34,992 bases of DNA from the IMG/VR virus record IMGVR_UViG_3300027828_000554, positions 1-34,992 of that record. One strand, written 5' to 3'. The notes under the pieces are model-generated. The model saw nothing but the letters and a program-made list of their open reading frames with translations. It was not told the origin of the DNA and ran no database searches. Below, piece after piece: positions 17,084 through 25,108 of the stretch. How positions within the stretch are numbered: the stretch's first letter is position 1; the number at the start of each line of letters is the position of its first letter. Position numbers and translations under genes: made by a program. Source of the stretch: a virus. Lineage: Duplodnaviria > Caudoviricetes.

Positions 17084-17545
17084 TTACAAGTATTCGTTTG
17101 GATTCTGGATTTGCCCGTTTACCTTCACCTGGTAATGGACATGGTTAATCATTTTTCTGCGCTCGGTGCTGTGATAACCGGCGATGTTCTGGGCGTGGCC
17201 AATCACCTGCCCTTTTTTGACTTCTGAGCCTACTGGTAGCGCTGGGACTACATACATATACTGTCGGTCAATACTGTTCGCCGAGACCTGAATGTAAGTG
17301 AATTCATCGGTGTCTTCGTAAACAATCCCGTGATAAGTCACCACGCCTGCTGCAAAGGCTCTAACGGGCTGTCCGGGCTTATATTTAAAATCCTCGCCCT
17401 TATGGAGACTCAGGCCTCTTGGCGCAAGATAGTGCCCACAGCCAAAATCATCACAGCCACGTCTTTCTGGCAGCTTGAATGCATCGGCAATGGGCATATC
17501 AGCATGCCTAATGACACTGGCAAGTCTTCCAAGCCAGGCAAACAC
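17084..17545 (-). CDS. M23-family metallopeptidase, putative endolysin (LECT2-like)
   Basis: Zn motifs HKGED and HVH, VKKGQVIG, NP..YL end; located between the holin and spanins. Confidence 0.82.
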   Translation of the reverse strand: MFAWLGRLASVIRHADMPIADAFKLPERRGCDDFGCGHYLAPRGLSLHKGEDFKYKPGQPVRAFAAGVVTYHGIVYEDTDEFTYIQVSANSIDRQYMYVVPALPVGSEVKKGQVIGHAQNIAGYHSTERRKMINHVHYQVKVNGQIQNPNEYL

Positions 17546-17547
17546 TG

Positions 17548-17862
17548 TTATTTACCCTTGTCTATATGGTTACCAAACCAGGCATCAATAAACTTCTCAA
17601 GCCACTTAACAATCTGTTCACTGTACATGCCAGCAACGCCAGCAATAGCGCCAGCAAAATATTGGTTATAATCGAAACTCAATGCGAAAGCTGTCGCTAG
17701 AAGCCCTACAACGGCTCCAGTAGACGTTCTTAATATGAAGTCTAGCCAAACAAACGAAGCGTTCATCTTTTTTAGGCTGTGAAAATAAGCTAGAAGGCTG
17801 CTAATGATAGCTGTGCTGAAAGATGTCACCCAGAACCAAAAACTTGGGTCTTTTTCTGACAT
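17548..17862 (-). CDS. Holin
   Basis: 104 aa, 2-3 hydrophobic segments, AGAIAGVAG motif, charged C-terminus; first gene after tR'. Confidence 0.8.
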   Translation of the reverse strand: MSEKDPSFWFWVTSFSTAIISSLLAYFHSLKKMNASFVWLDFILRTSTGAVVGLLATAFALSFDYNQYFAGAIAGVAGMYSEQIVKWLEKFIDAWFGNHIDKGK

Positions 17863-17881
17863 TGCGGTTTCCTTCAGACAT

Positions 17882-17905
17882 AAAAAAACCCGCCAGAAGC
17901 GGGTT
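17882..17905 (-). terminator. tR'-like terminator before the lysis genes
   Basis: AACCCGC-TTCTG-GCGGGTT followed by TTTTT. Confidence 0.85.
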
Positions 17906-17943
17906 CATTTGAATTTGTAGTGTGTATCAGGGGCAGTTACCGC

Positions 17944-17986
17944 AAGATACGGTATTTAGACTACTTATTTCTGCAGAAATAATCAA
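17944..17986 (-). promoter_or_regulatory. pR'-like late promoter with palindromic spacer and -10-like pause element
   Basis: TTGATT (17986-17981), 17-bp spacer, TAGTCT (17963-17958), then TATCTT (17949-17944) just after the predicted start site. Confidence 0.72.
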
Positions 17987-17988
17987 TA

Positions 17989-18183
17989 CTATATCGAAAT
18001 TATTTTAAAAACGCCTTTCGACTTAATAACTTGCCTGGTCTGGTTATCGGTGACCCTATAAGCAGCGTGGTACATTGATCGCGCCCATTTTAGCGCCTTA
18101 TCTAAATCATCAAAGTTCTCGCTTTTAAGAAACCTTTGATACAAACCCTTTTCTACCTCTGCTATAACGCTGTAACGTTTCAA
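17989..18183 (-). CDS. Hypothetical protein
   Basis: 64-aa ORF with TTG start between Q and pR'. Confidence 0.45.
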   Translation of the reverse strand: MKRYSVIAEVEKGLYQRFLKSENFDDLDKALKWARSMYHAAYRVTDNQTRQVIKSKGVFKIISI

Positions 18184-18230
18184 GGAATGCCCGCCAAAGG
18201 GACTAAAGATAATCCCTCAGCAGATTTAGG

Positions 18231-18617
18231 TCAAACGGCTTTTTGGTATTTGGGATGGGTAAACTGTAGGGCGGCATCTATCCATGACGTGCCACCCTCG
18301 ACCAATTGCCTAGCCTTGTTGAGTGAGATATTAAGGTTAGCAACTACATAAGACAGGTTGTTATTGCTTAAGTAGTAGTAGATCACCACCTTGGCCATTT
18401 CTTTATCACGCATCTTGAGTTTGGCTATCGTGGCGTCGATTATGCCCGCCTCTGCATCGCTTATTGCAGCGCTCTTAACGGTGGTTCCAAGTAATCGTCT
18501 AAAAGGCTCAATACTGGGATAGCTCAAGACAGCGAAACTTGAGGTATGAACCCATCTTGCCCACTGTTCTAGCAGGAACTGAGTGTCTTGAAGCTTAAGG
18601 TTAGCCGTTTGACCCAT
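18231..18617 (-). CDS. Q: Late antitermination protein Q (phage 21/933W-type)
   Basis: LLEQWARW, D.EA.IID..IAKL, YYY, C-terminal HTH...G..WID; upstream of pR'/tR'. Confidence 0.85.
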   Translation of the reverse strand: MGQTANLKLQDTQFLLEQWARWVHTSSFAVLSYPSIEPFRRLLGTTVKSAAISDAEAGIIDATIAKLKMRDKEMAKVVIYYYLSNNNLSYVVANLNISLNKARQLVEGGTSWIDAALQFTHPKYQKAV

Positions 18618-19105
18618 TAAATAGTGCCTCCGGCCTTAATCTCTTCTTCGAGCGACTCATCTGTAACACCAAATGCGGTTTCTCTAAAGCAGCGCATACA
18701 ATACCAAGCTGACTCCTCTGAGCCATTAAACTCAACGATTGAAGACACACCAACAAGCGATCTTTTGCACTCTCCGCATTTAAGGCTGTCTATTTTGGTC
18801 TTAGCGGCCTTATTTCTAGACTTTCCAGCACACTCACCAGCCAGCCCCACATAAGCAGCGCCATCAACGTAGTCATCTGCCTGGTACTTGCCCGACTGGC
18901 TTCTAACCATTTTTAGGCAGACCATAAACATCCAGCCTTGCTCTTCTGTCAGCTCATGATCAGTCAGAGCATTAAACATGGCTACGGTGCGCCCCATCGA
19001 GCGTTCGCCATCGCTATCCTTATCAGGGTCATAGACCGCTTTTCGTTGCTTCATTTCCTCAGCGGCTTTTTCGACAAATTCCCATGCTTTAACTGGCTCT
19101 GACAT
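18617..19105 (-). CDS. DUF6378-like protein with C-terminal Zn finger
   Basis: ERSM..TV.MFNALT...LTEEQGW.FM..LK.VR......DDYVDGAAY..LAGE; CxxC...CxxC. Confidence 0.7.
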   Translation of the reverse strand: MSEPVKAWEFVEKAAEEMKQRKAVYDPDKDSDGERSMGRTVAMFNALTDHELTEEQGWMFMVCLKMVRSQSGKYQADDYVDGAAYVGLAGECAGKSRNKAAKTKIDSLKCGECKRSLVGVSSIVEFNGSEESAWYCMRCFRETAFGVTDESLEEEIKAGGTI

Positions 19106-19113
19106 AACCTCTC

Positions 19114-19506
19114 CTAAACAACTTCAATAATGACTGGGTATAACGCTTCGACCTGTTTCTTCTTAATCTTAAATTCTGGTGTCTCAAAGCCCTTGGTATC
19201 GACGTAGCGAACCGTTCCATCTGTAAGAAACTCTTGAAAGTCGCACTTATAAACAACACCACCGGGCAAATGGAAAGGCACCTGCAACAGGAAGTAATCC
19301 ACTTCGCCTGCTGCCTTTCTGAGCTTTAACTGTTCGTAATACTTCGCTTCTTTCTTGCTATCGAACTTAATGCCATCAACAACCATCTTCTTGGCGTTGT
19401 ACTTACTTCGCTTCTTAGGTGGTGGTGACACCTCTTGGCGCTTACCACCCTTTCTGCTCTGATAGTTCTTAAGCTTTTCTTCTGTCCAGCGCACTCCCGA
19501 CACCAT
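19114..19506 (-). CDS. DUF1064 family PD-(D/E)xK nuclease
   Basis: SKYNAKK..VDGIKFDSKKEA.YY, LQVPF, Y.CDF, DTKG..T..FKIKKK. Confidence 0.85.
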   Translation of the reverse strand: MVSGVRWTEEKLKNYQSRKGGKRQEVSPPPKKRSKYNAKKMVVDGIKFDSKKEAKYYEQLKLRKAAGEVDYFLLQVPFHLPGGVVYKCDFQEFLTDGTVRYVDTKGFETPEFKIKKKQVEALYPVIIEVV

Positions 19507-19521
19507 TCACTCCTTCAGGGT

Positions 19522-19761
19522 TTATGCCTTGCCTTGAGCCACTTGTTGAGCAAAGCGGTTCAATTCGTCTCGGCATCCTTCCAGCACCTGCACTCCCGCA
19601 GTCTCACTCATGTTGTTGTCGCCAACGGTAAACTGAATTCTCATCATGGCTTCAGCTCCAGCGTAAAAAGCTCTACGCATTTCTTGCTTCTGTACGGTTG
19701 ATGCACCTTTCGGAACTACCATTAATGAGAATACATCCCACTGCTCCTGTATCGTATTCAT
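19522..19761 (-). CDS. Hypothetical protein
   Basis: 79 aa, Q..EMRRAFYAGA motif; coupled to the upstream ORF. Confidence 0.7.
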   Translation of the reverse strand: MNTIQEQWDVFSLMVVPKGASTVQKQEMRRAFYAGAEAMMRIQFTVGDNNMSETAGVQVLEGCRDELNRFAQQVAQGKA

Positions 19762-20036
19762 GCGTATTTACTCCAACAGCACTTCTTGAATTTCTTACCA
19801 GAGCCACAGATGCACTTTCTGTTCCGCATCTTATTTTTGCGTTCATTGCGCTGCAAAGGCTTTAACTGTTGATAAGTGCCTTTATCAATAGGTATCAGCG
19901 ATTCCATTTGCTCTTCTGTTTTGTACTTTTCAAGTCTTTCGCGGAACGCAGCTTGTCGCTCTGCCAGCGTATCCATCTCTTTAATAATGGAAGTCGTTTC
20001 TTCTTGATTAAATATTTCACCGGTCTTGCAGTCCAC
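19758..20036 (-). CDS. SEC-C motif protein
   Basis: C-terminal RNRKCICGSGKKFKKCC. Confidence 0.78.
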   Translation of the reverse strand: MDCKTGEIFNQEETTSIIKEMDTLAERQAAFRERLEKYKTEEQMESLIPIDKGTYQQLKPLQRNERKNKMRNRKCICGSGKKFKKCCWSKYA

Positions 20037-20049
20037 AACCTTTACCTCT

Positions 20050-20250
20050 CTATTTTTTAGTTTCGCAAGCCTTGCGCTTCATCACCTTCACATGAGCCCA
20101 GACTAGCCGCCGCCAACTTTCTGGCACGTTGCTTTCAATCCAGGCAATAATCTTTTCTTTATCACCTTGCTGCAAAGCTTCATCAGCATAGTGACGGGGA
20201 CGCTTATCGCCGATAAATGCATCTTTAAGCTTATTGTCAACATCATCCAT
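20050..20250 (-). CDS. Hypothetical protein
   Basis: 66-aa ORF coupled to ssb. Confidence 0.6.
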   Translation of the reverse strand: MDDVDNKLKDAFIGDKRPRHYADEALQQGDKEKIIAWIESNVPESWRRLVWAHVKVMKRKACETKK

Positions 20251-20687
20251 CAGAACGGATTACCATCGACATCATCTACCTTGCCCCACTTCTGATTGGA
20301 TTCTTGAGCCTTTTCAGCTTTACCGCCACGTATCACATCGATGTAACCGTAATCATCATTCACCACCACATCAGTTGAGTAACGGTTTCTGCCAGTGTCT
20401 TTATCCTTGAACTTGCTGGTAATTAATCGACCATCAACGGATATTCTCGTGCCCTTCTTGATAACTTTGGCACCAGCCTTTGCAGCATCGCCCCACAGAA
20501 CCACATTGTTCCAGGTGGTGAGCTCTTCCGTTCTGCCCGATTTTCGGGTTGCAGGATACTTGGTTGCCACGCCCAGTCTTAAGACGGCATCACCATTAGG
20601 GGTAAATCGTAGCGTAGGATCACTGCCCACATTCCCCTCAATCAATACCTGGTTAACATCTGAGTCTTTGTTGTAGTAATCAGTCAT
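20250..20687 (-). CDS. ssb: Single-stranded DNA-binding protein
   Basis: VNQVLIEGNVGSDP.LRFTPNG, T.W..VVLWG, KKG....V.GRL, acidic ...DGNPF tail. Confidence 0.92.
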   Translation of the reverse strand: MTDYYNKDSDVNQVLIEGNVGSDPTLRFTPNGDAVLRLGVATKYPATRKSGRTEELTTWNNVVLWGDAAKAGAKVIKKGTRISVDGRLITSKFKDKDTGRNRYSTDVVVNDDYGYIDVIRGGKAEKAQESNQKWGKVDDVDGNPF

Positions 20688-20690
20688 TCA

Positions 20691-20912
20691 TTAATACCAT
20701 TCATTATCAATTACGCTTCTCAAATCCTGATCAGCCTCGTAAATCAAAGTCATTTGTCGCTTATCAAACTCAAGGAAGTTGTCATTAAGTGGACCACCAA
20801 TGCAGGTAAAGCGAGAATGAACTTTTTTGATAGCCTCTTGCTGTCTGGAGACCTTCACTTTTAGCTCTTCAATTTCGAGCTGCTGCTTTGCAATCAGTTC
20901 GTCTTTGGTCAT
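20691..20912 (-). CDS. Hypothetical protein
   Basis: 73 aa, TKDELIAKQQLEIEE...IGGPLNDN. Confidence 0.7.
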   Translation of the reverse strand: MTKDELIAKQQLEIEELKVKVSRQQEAIKKVHSRFTCIGGPLNDNFLEFDKRQMTLIYEADQDLRSVIDNEWY

Positions 20913-21163
20913 TGCTTAATCTTCTCTTTGGCGAATGTGATGGCTTCTGTGATGTGCGTGTCTTTTTCACCGAAGCCAGCAGCGAAATACAACGCCTTAA
21001 TATTCTTGTTCAGCCTGACTGGCCCTTTGAGCACTACCCGCCATTCAGAACAGTTACAGGCTGCATCAAAGCCCTGTCTGTCGATGTCGATAGAGACGTC
21101 ATGAAAGACACCGCGGAAGGCATCCGGGCTAAGTTCCTGTACGTTTATTCCGTCAACTGTCAT
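20909..21163 (-). CDS. Hypothetical protein
   Basis: ATG with GAGG SD; ATGA coupling downstream. Confidence 0.6.
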   Translation of the reverse strand: MTVDGINVQELSPDAFRGVFHDVSIDIDRQGFDAACNCSEWRVVLKGPVRLNKNIKALYFAAGFGEKDTHITEAITFAKEKIKQ

Positions 21164-21165
21164 GG

Positions 21166-21360
21166 CTAACCTCTCACTCGTTCTCTGTACAATTTCTCAA
21201 TAACGGCCTTACGCTCTTCCAACTCTGCCAGGGCCTGTTCTTTGTTTGAATGACGGTGATACCGAACCTCGCTTGGCTTTAGAGCTCGAACCGTTAGGAT
21301 TTCTAACTCTAAGGCTTGGAGCGCCAGCTGCATCGTTTTCGTTCTTGCCATCAGCTTCAT
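21166..21360 (-). CDS. Hypothetical protein
   Basis: ATG 21360 with GAGGGA SD (ORF track start 21390). Confidence 0.55.
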   Translation of the reverse strand: MKLMARTKTMQLALQALELEILTVRALKPSEVRYHRHSNKEQALAELEERKAVIEKLYRERVRG

Positions 21361-21520
21361 AATTAAGTCCCTCAAATCCTCGTAAATCACACTCCTGGTT
21401 CAACTGGATCCAGACCAAGGCAAGTAGCACTACAACAACCAGAAGCACGACCACCACCGAAATTAAGCCAGTCCAAACCCACACATTGCCCGTTACTAAA
21501 CCGTGTAAAATATCCATCAC
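21209..21520 (-). CDS. Small single-TM membrane protein (overlaps the next gene)
   Basis: Start GTG 21520 or ATG 21517 after AAGGA; LISVVVVLLVVVVLLALVW hydrophobic segment. Confidence 0.45.
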   Translation of the reverse strand: MMDILHGLVTGNVWVWTGLISVVVVLLVVVVLLALVWIQLNQECDLRGFEGLNYEADGKNENDAAGAPSLRVRNPNGSSSKAKRGSVSPSFKQRTGPGRVGRA

Positions 21521-21522
21521 TT

Positions 21523-21855
21523 TTATTTCCTTTTCAGTAGTTGAAATTTTGCACCGCACTGGACGCATGAAGCCCTCATACTTCCAGAGCGTGTTTGCTT
21601 TAACTTTCCACCACAAGATTTGCAGCTAACCGATACAACTCTTGACTTCATAAGCCCATCAATGTGGTCTTTATTAACTTTTCTTTTAGGAATTATGCCT
21701 AACTGTCTAAGCACGGATTTGTATTCTTTATTAATCCATCCACCGCCAGGTTCATCCGCCAATCCATCACCTATCATGTCGCCTAGTTTCACCAGCCGAT
21801 CTAAAAGAACCTTTTTAGAAATTTCGTTTAATGAAGGGCTTGTGGGTGCCATCAC
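21523..21855 (-). CDS. Hypothetical Zn-ribbon protein
   Basis: LVKLGDMIGDGL..EP.G.WI.KEY; CKSC...CVQC. Confidence 0.7.
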   Translation of the reverse strand: MMAPTSPSLNEISKKVLLDRLVKLGDMIGDGLADEPGGGWINKEYKSVLRQLGIIPKRKVNKDHIDGLMKSRVVSVSCKSCGGKLKQTRSGSMRASCVQCGAKFQLLKRK

Positions 21856-22550
21856 ACACCACCCAATAATTTTTTAGCTTGAGCAAGGCCCTTGTCAGCC
21901 TGCTCGACCAGTTCCTGCGTCCATTCAACTTCCTGTGCCTGGGTAATGGCTTTCGGCTGCTCTTCGAACTGACCACCATGAAGCGCGTATTTGATTAAGC
22001 GTTCGTAGACGGGTTCGAGCAGCTTTTCCGCCTCCTTGGTGTTCGCTTTCTTGAAGCGGTATATATCGATATTTCGAATGCACCACCAAGCGAATTTATT
22101 CACTCGAGTAAAATTCTCAGACTGGTAGCTGACCATGGATTTGTAGATTTCGTCCTGTGCTGGAATGCCCATCTTGTTGACCAGCTCTTCCTTGCACCAC
22201 TGAACGAACATGCCAGGGCTGATCATGTGCAAGCTTGGATATAGGCCAGCGCGGTCAATGCCAAGCTGTGCAATCTCATGAGTCACCACACCGCCCTGAG
22301 CCAAAGCCCGGGTCCAAACCTTCATCCAGCGCTTCTGCTCTTCTGGCGTCCGGTTACGACTGGCCGGAAAGATTTCCACCAAGTCATTGAGGATCCTGGC
22401 CACAAAGCCAGCGACCATGTGCTGAGCTGTCTCATTTGAGACCAGCGACTTGTCGTGTTGATTCGTCTTCATCGAGGAAGCTTGCGTCGTTTTCGTCGAC
22501 GTAGCGTGATTTCGTAGGTTCGTTACCACCTGATTGATTTTGGTTTCCAT
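21852..22550 (-). CDS. Replication protein P-like (helicase loader)
   Basis: L..IFPA, W..AL...GV, GI.RA, SPG.FV.WC; follows the initiator gene. Confidence 0.75.
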   Translation of the reverse strand: METKINQVVTNLRNHATSTKTTQASSMKTNQHDKSLVSNETAQHMVAGFVARILNDLVEIFPASRNRTPEEQKRWMKVWTRALAQGGVVTHEIAQLGIDRAGLYPSLHMISPGMFVQWCKEELVNKMGIPAQDEIYKSMVSYQSENFTRVNKFAWWCIRNIDIYRFKKANTKEAEKLLEPVYERLIKYALHGGQFEEQPKAITQAQEVEWTQELVEQADKGLAQAKKLLGGV

Positions 22551-23463
22551 GTGCGTTACCTCTCGCTTTGCTCCGTTGAAGTTGTTTCAGGTATTTCAAT
22601 TCCCAGTTGTACTGAGTTTGTTCTGATGGTTGCCCTGACCACCACAGGATAAATTCGGTGAGGACTTCTTGAGTGTGGTACGTCTGCCAATCGACTAGAC
22701 CAGCTCGACGACAAAGAACCGGAAAGTGATCGCTGCTGGGCTGCCATTCGTCATGCATCGCAAAACGAATATCACTTCCGATGTTTGAATATTCCCCATC
22801 AGCAGGATCGTTAGTATCTGGATCTTTAGTAGTATGGATATGTCGGATTTTTTTCCGAGCTTCTTCGGAATTTTTTCCGGGTTTTTTCGGATTTAAATCC
22901 GACATAGTAGAATCTGAAAACTCGGATTTTTTTCCGACATAGTGATTTTCACCGTTTTCGGATTTTTTTCCGACATAGTGTGATGGGTTGTCATCGCAAG
23001 GCGGTGAAACCGGGCTTTCTTGGTCGTTTTGGCCGTCTAAATGGTGGTTTTTGTCGCTGTCTTCTGCCCTTTCATCGGTATCAACTTCTGAAAACTCGGA
23101 TTTTTTTCCGACATAGTGATTTTCACCTAAATCCTGTACATCAGCTGGGCGATAAGAGTGGTATCTTTTGCCCTTCGCAGTCAGTCGAACCAAGTCTTTC
23201 TTGCCGGACTTCTGGTGGTCGATTAAACCAAGTTCAGCCAGAGACTTTAAATGACGATAGGCCGTGTCAGGCTTCATATTCATCAATGGCAGCTCACGAC
23301 AGATAGACTGGCGAGACACCCAGTAATAAATCTTACCGTTGTGCTCAACGGCGCTGGCCCAGGCCGAACAGGAAGTCAGCAGCTCAAGAACAATCGCCTG
23401 GCTGACATTTCTCACGCCAACGTCAATAGCCTGCTTCTGGTTAAAAGACACTATCCACTTCAT
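22432..23463 (-). CDS. Replication initiator (O-like; N-terminal wHTH, C-terminal DnaT-like domain)
   Basis: YYWVSRQ.I..ELP.....DT.YRHLK.L.E.GLI; FAMH.EWQPS...EFI.WW...WE.K; internal iterons. Confidence 0.85.
   Translation of the reverse strand: MKWIVSFNQKQAIDVGVRNVSQAIVLELLTSCSAWASAVEHNGKIYYWVSRQSICRELPLMNMKPDTAYRHLKSLAELGLIDHQKSGKKDLVRLTAKGKRYHSYRPADVQDLGENHYVGKKSEFSEVDTDERAEDSDKNHHLDGQNDQESPVSPPCDDNPSHYVGKKSENGENHYVGKKSEFSDSTMSDLNPKKPGKNSEEARKKIRHIHTTKDPDTNDPADGEYSNIGSDIRFAMHDEWQPSSDHFPVLCRRAGLVDWQTYHTQEVLTEFILWWSGQPSEQTQYNWELKYLKQLQRSKARGNAHGNQNQSGGNEPTKSRYVDENDASFLDEDESTRQVAGLK
22843..23127. repeat. Replication origin iterons, six copies of TCGGA-N6-TCCG(A/G)
   Basis: Copies start at 22843, 22865, 22887, 22922, 22958 and 23096; 41-bp perfect repeat at 22913-22953 and 23087-23127. 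Confidence 0.88.
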
Positions 23464-23468
23464 AAAAC

Positions 23469-24050
23469 TTACTCCACAGCCTTTATTTTCGGGCTTCGGG
23501 CTTTAACCAGTATCTGCAACGTCTGGTTACCCGCAGAAATGCTTTCCGAGACTTCGCGAATGGCATCTTCCAGCTGAGCTTCCGAGAACTCTTCCTGCAG
23601 CTTCACCACCGCCAGCTGGGCTTCGCCCTGCTCTTTCATCAGATAGGTAGCCATGTGAACAGCATCAATGTCATGCGATTCAGCTTTAAGCATGGGAGAA
23701 AAACAGACTTCGCAGCGACCATAGATATCGGCCAGATAATCCAGACGAATAGACTCAGGCAACGCAGCAACGATTGCTTGCTCAACAAAGAACAGGCGCT
23801 CAGGATTAGTTTCACATTCGGTATACAGCCCCAACCAGCGGAACAGCTTCTGCGCATTGACACGCATATCGTTATAGGGATTGTCCGAACTGGCGAAAGC
23901 AATACCCTGCTCAGCCAAGGATTCAGTCAATCCAAGACGGTCGACAGCCTGAACAATGTCAGCCGTGATAATAGACCGACTGGTCTTCGGTAGCTCTAAC
24001 CAGGTGTTGATGGCCTTGACCAGGCATTGCAGGCGTGAGCGCTGTTTCAT
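23469..24050 (-). CDS. CII/YdaT-like regulator
   Basis: Between cro and the initiator; NAQKLFRWL, AI.AALP, KE..EA..A motifs. Confidence 0.68.
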   Translation of the reverse strand: MKQRSRLQCLVKAINTWLELPKTSRSIITADIVQAVDRLGLTESLAEQGIAFASSDNPYNDMRVNAQKLFRWLGLYTECETNPERLFFVEQAIVAALPESIRLDYLADIYGRCEVCFSPMLKAESHDIDAVHMATYLMKEQGEAQLAVVKLQEEFSEAQLEDAIREVSESISAGNQTLQILVKARSPKIKAVE

Positions 24051-24247
24051 GCAGCCTCCCCCGCTTTTGGTTTAGAGTATTCACTGTCGTCAACAGTAAG
24101 AGCGCCATTGGTAAGGCGTTCGATTTGGTAGGCTCTAAGGCGTGGGACTATTTCACCCCATTGAGAAACTGCTGATTTATGAATCTCGCAAACATTGGCT
24201 ACAGCCTGCTGGCTGCCAAAATATGCAATGACATCTTTTGTTTTCAT
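24047..24247 (-). CDS. cro: Cro-like repressor
   Basis: MKTKDVIAYFGSQ.AVA...I.KSAVSQWGE.VP..RAYQIE.LT.GAL; divergent from cI. Confidence 0.92.
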   Translation of the reverse strand: MKTKDVIAYFGSQQAVANVCEIHKSAVSQWGEIVPRLRAYQIERLTNGALTVDDSEYSKPKAGEAA

Positions 24248-24274
24248 GGTCTATTCCATTGCTTAATCTCACGC

Positions 24275-24342
24275 AAAGTTTAGATCGTTAAACTTTAAAA
24301 GTCTAGGACATTAAACCATTTTTCGGTTTAGTATGCTGAACT
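24275..24342. promoter_or_regulatory. OR operators (three sites, AGTTTA-N6-TAAACT consensus) and pR
   Basis: Sites 24275-24296, 24300-24317 and 24325-24342; minus-strand TAGACT (24305-24300), 17 bp, TAAACT (24282-24277). Confidence 0.82.
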
Positions 24343-24352
24343 AGGTACAAAC

Positions 24353-25087
24353 ATGGTTCTTTTAATGGCTGAAAAATTAACGTCTGGCCAGATAATTAAG
24401 CAAAGATTAAGCGACTTGGGCCTGAAGCCCGTCGACTTATCAAGAAAAATGGAAGTAACCAAGGGAACGGTAAGTTTTTGGGTAAATGACACCACCAAAC
24501 CAAGCGGGGACAACTTAATAACGCTATGTAAAATTCTAAAGATAGAGCCGGAGTCATTCCGCGAAGGCCGAATAATTGTAAAAGAAGGCTTTGGCGAAAT
24601 CAGCTTCATGCTAAGACCAGGAAAGAAAAAAGACCGATTAAGCGCAGTTGCGGAAGCCACTCCTGTTATGTACGGCAACAGTCTCAACCTGGTTCCAGTT
24701 ATATCAGCAGTCCAGGCAGGCAATTGGCGAGGGATAGTAGATGACTTTCAGCCGGGCGATGCTGATAAATGGATTGAAACCACCGCCAAAGTAAGCGCCA
24801 ATGCATTTGCTTTGAGGATTGAGGGAGACTCAATGACAAACCCTAACGGTATGCCAAGTATCCCGGAAGGGATGACAGTCATTGTTGATCCAAACGTAGA
24901 AGCTACAAATGGCAAAATAGTAGTTGCAAGACTAGAATCAGAAACTGCTGCCACTATCAAAAAGCTGGTCATCGATGGACCAAATAAATATTTGATGCCA
25001 TTAAACCCCCGCTACGACAAGATAGTGATTAACGGTGACTGCACTATTGTGGGGGTGGTGGTGAAAATGGAATATGATTTAATATAA
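24353..25087 (+). CDS. cI: CI repressor (HTH plus S24 autopeptidase)
   Basis: N-terminal HTH (DLSRKMEVTKGTVSFW), VQAG cleavage site, GDSM Ser, TIKK Lys; start 24353 or 24365. Confidence 0.95.
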   Translation: MVLLMAEKLTSGQIIKQRLSDLGLKPVDLSRKMEVTKGTVSFWVNDTTKPSGDNLITLCKILKIEPESFREGRIIVKEGFGEISFMLRPGKKKDRLSAVAEATPVMYGNSLNLVPVISAVQAGNWRGIVDDFQPGDADKWIETTAKVSANAFALRIEGDSMTNPNGMPSIPEGMTVIVDPNVEATNGKIVVARLESETAATIKKLVIDGPNKYLMPLNPRYDKIVINGDCTIVGVVVKMEYDLI

Positions 25088-25108
25088 TAAATATTCGAAG
25101 GAGCTCTA

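Noticed and set aside
22843-23127. Palindromic repeats as a CRISPR array or DGR repeat pair
   Set aside because: Irregular short spacing, location inside the initiator gene, no reverse transcriptase and no adenine-specific mismatches; they fit iterons
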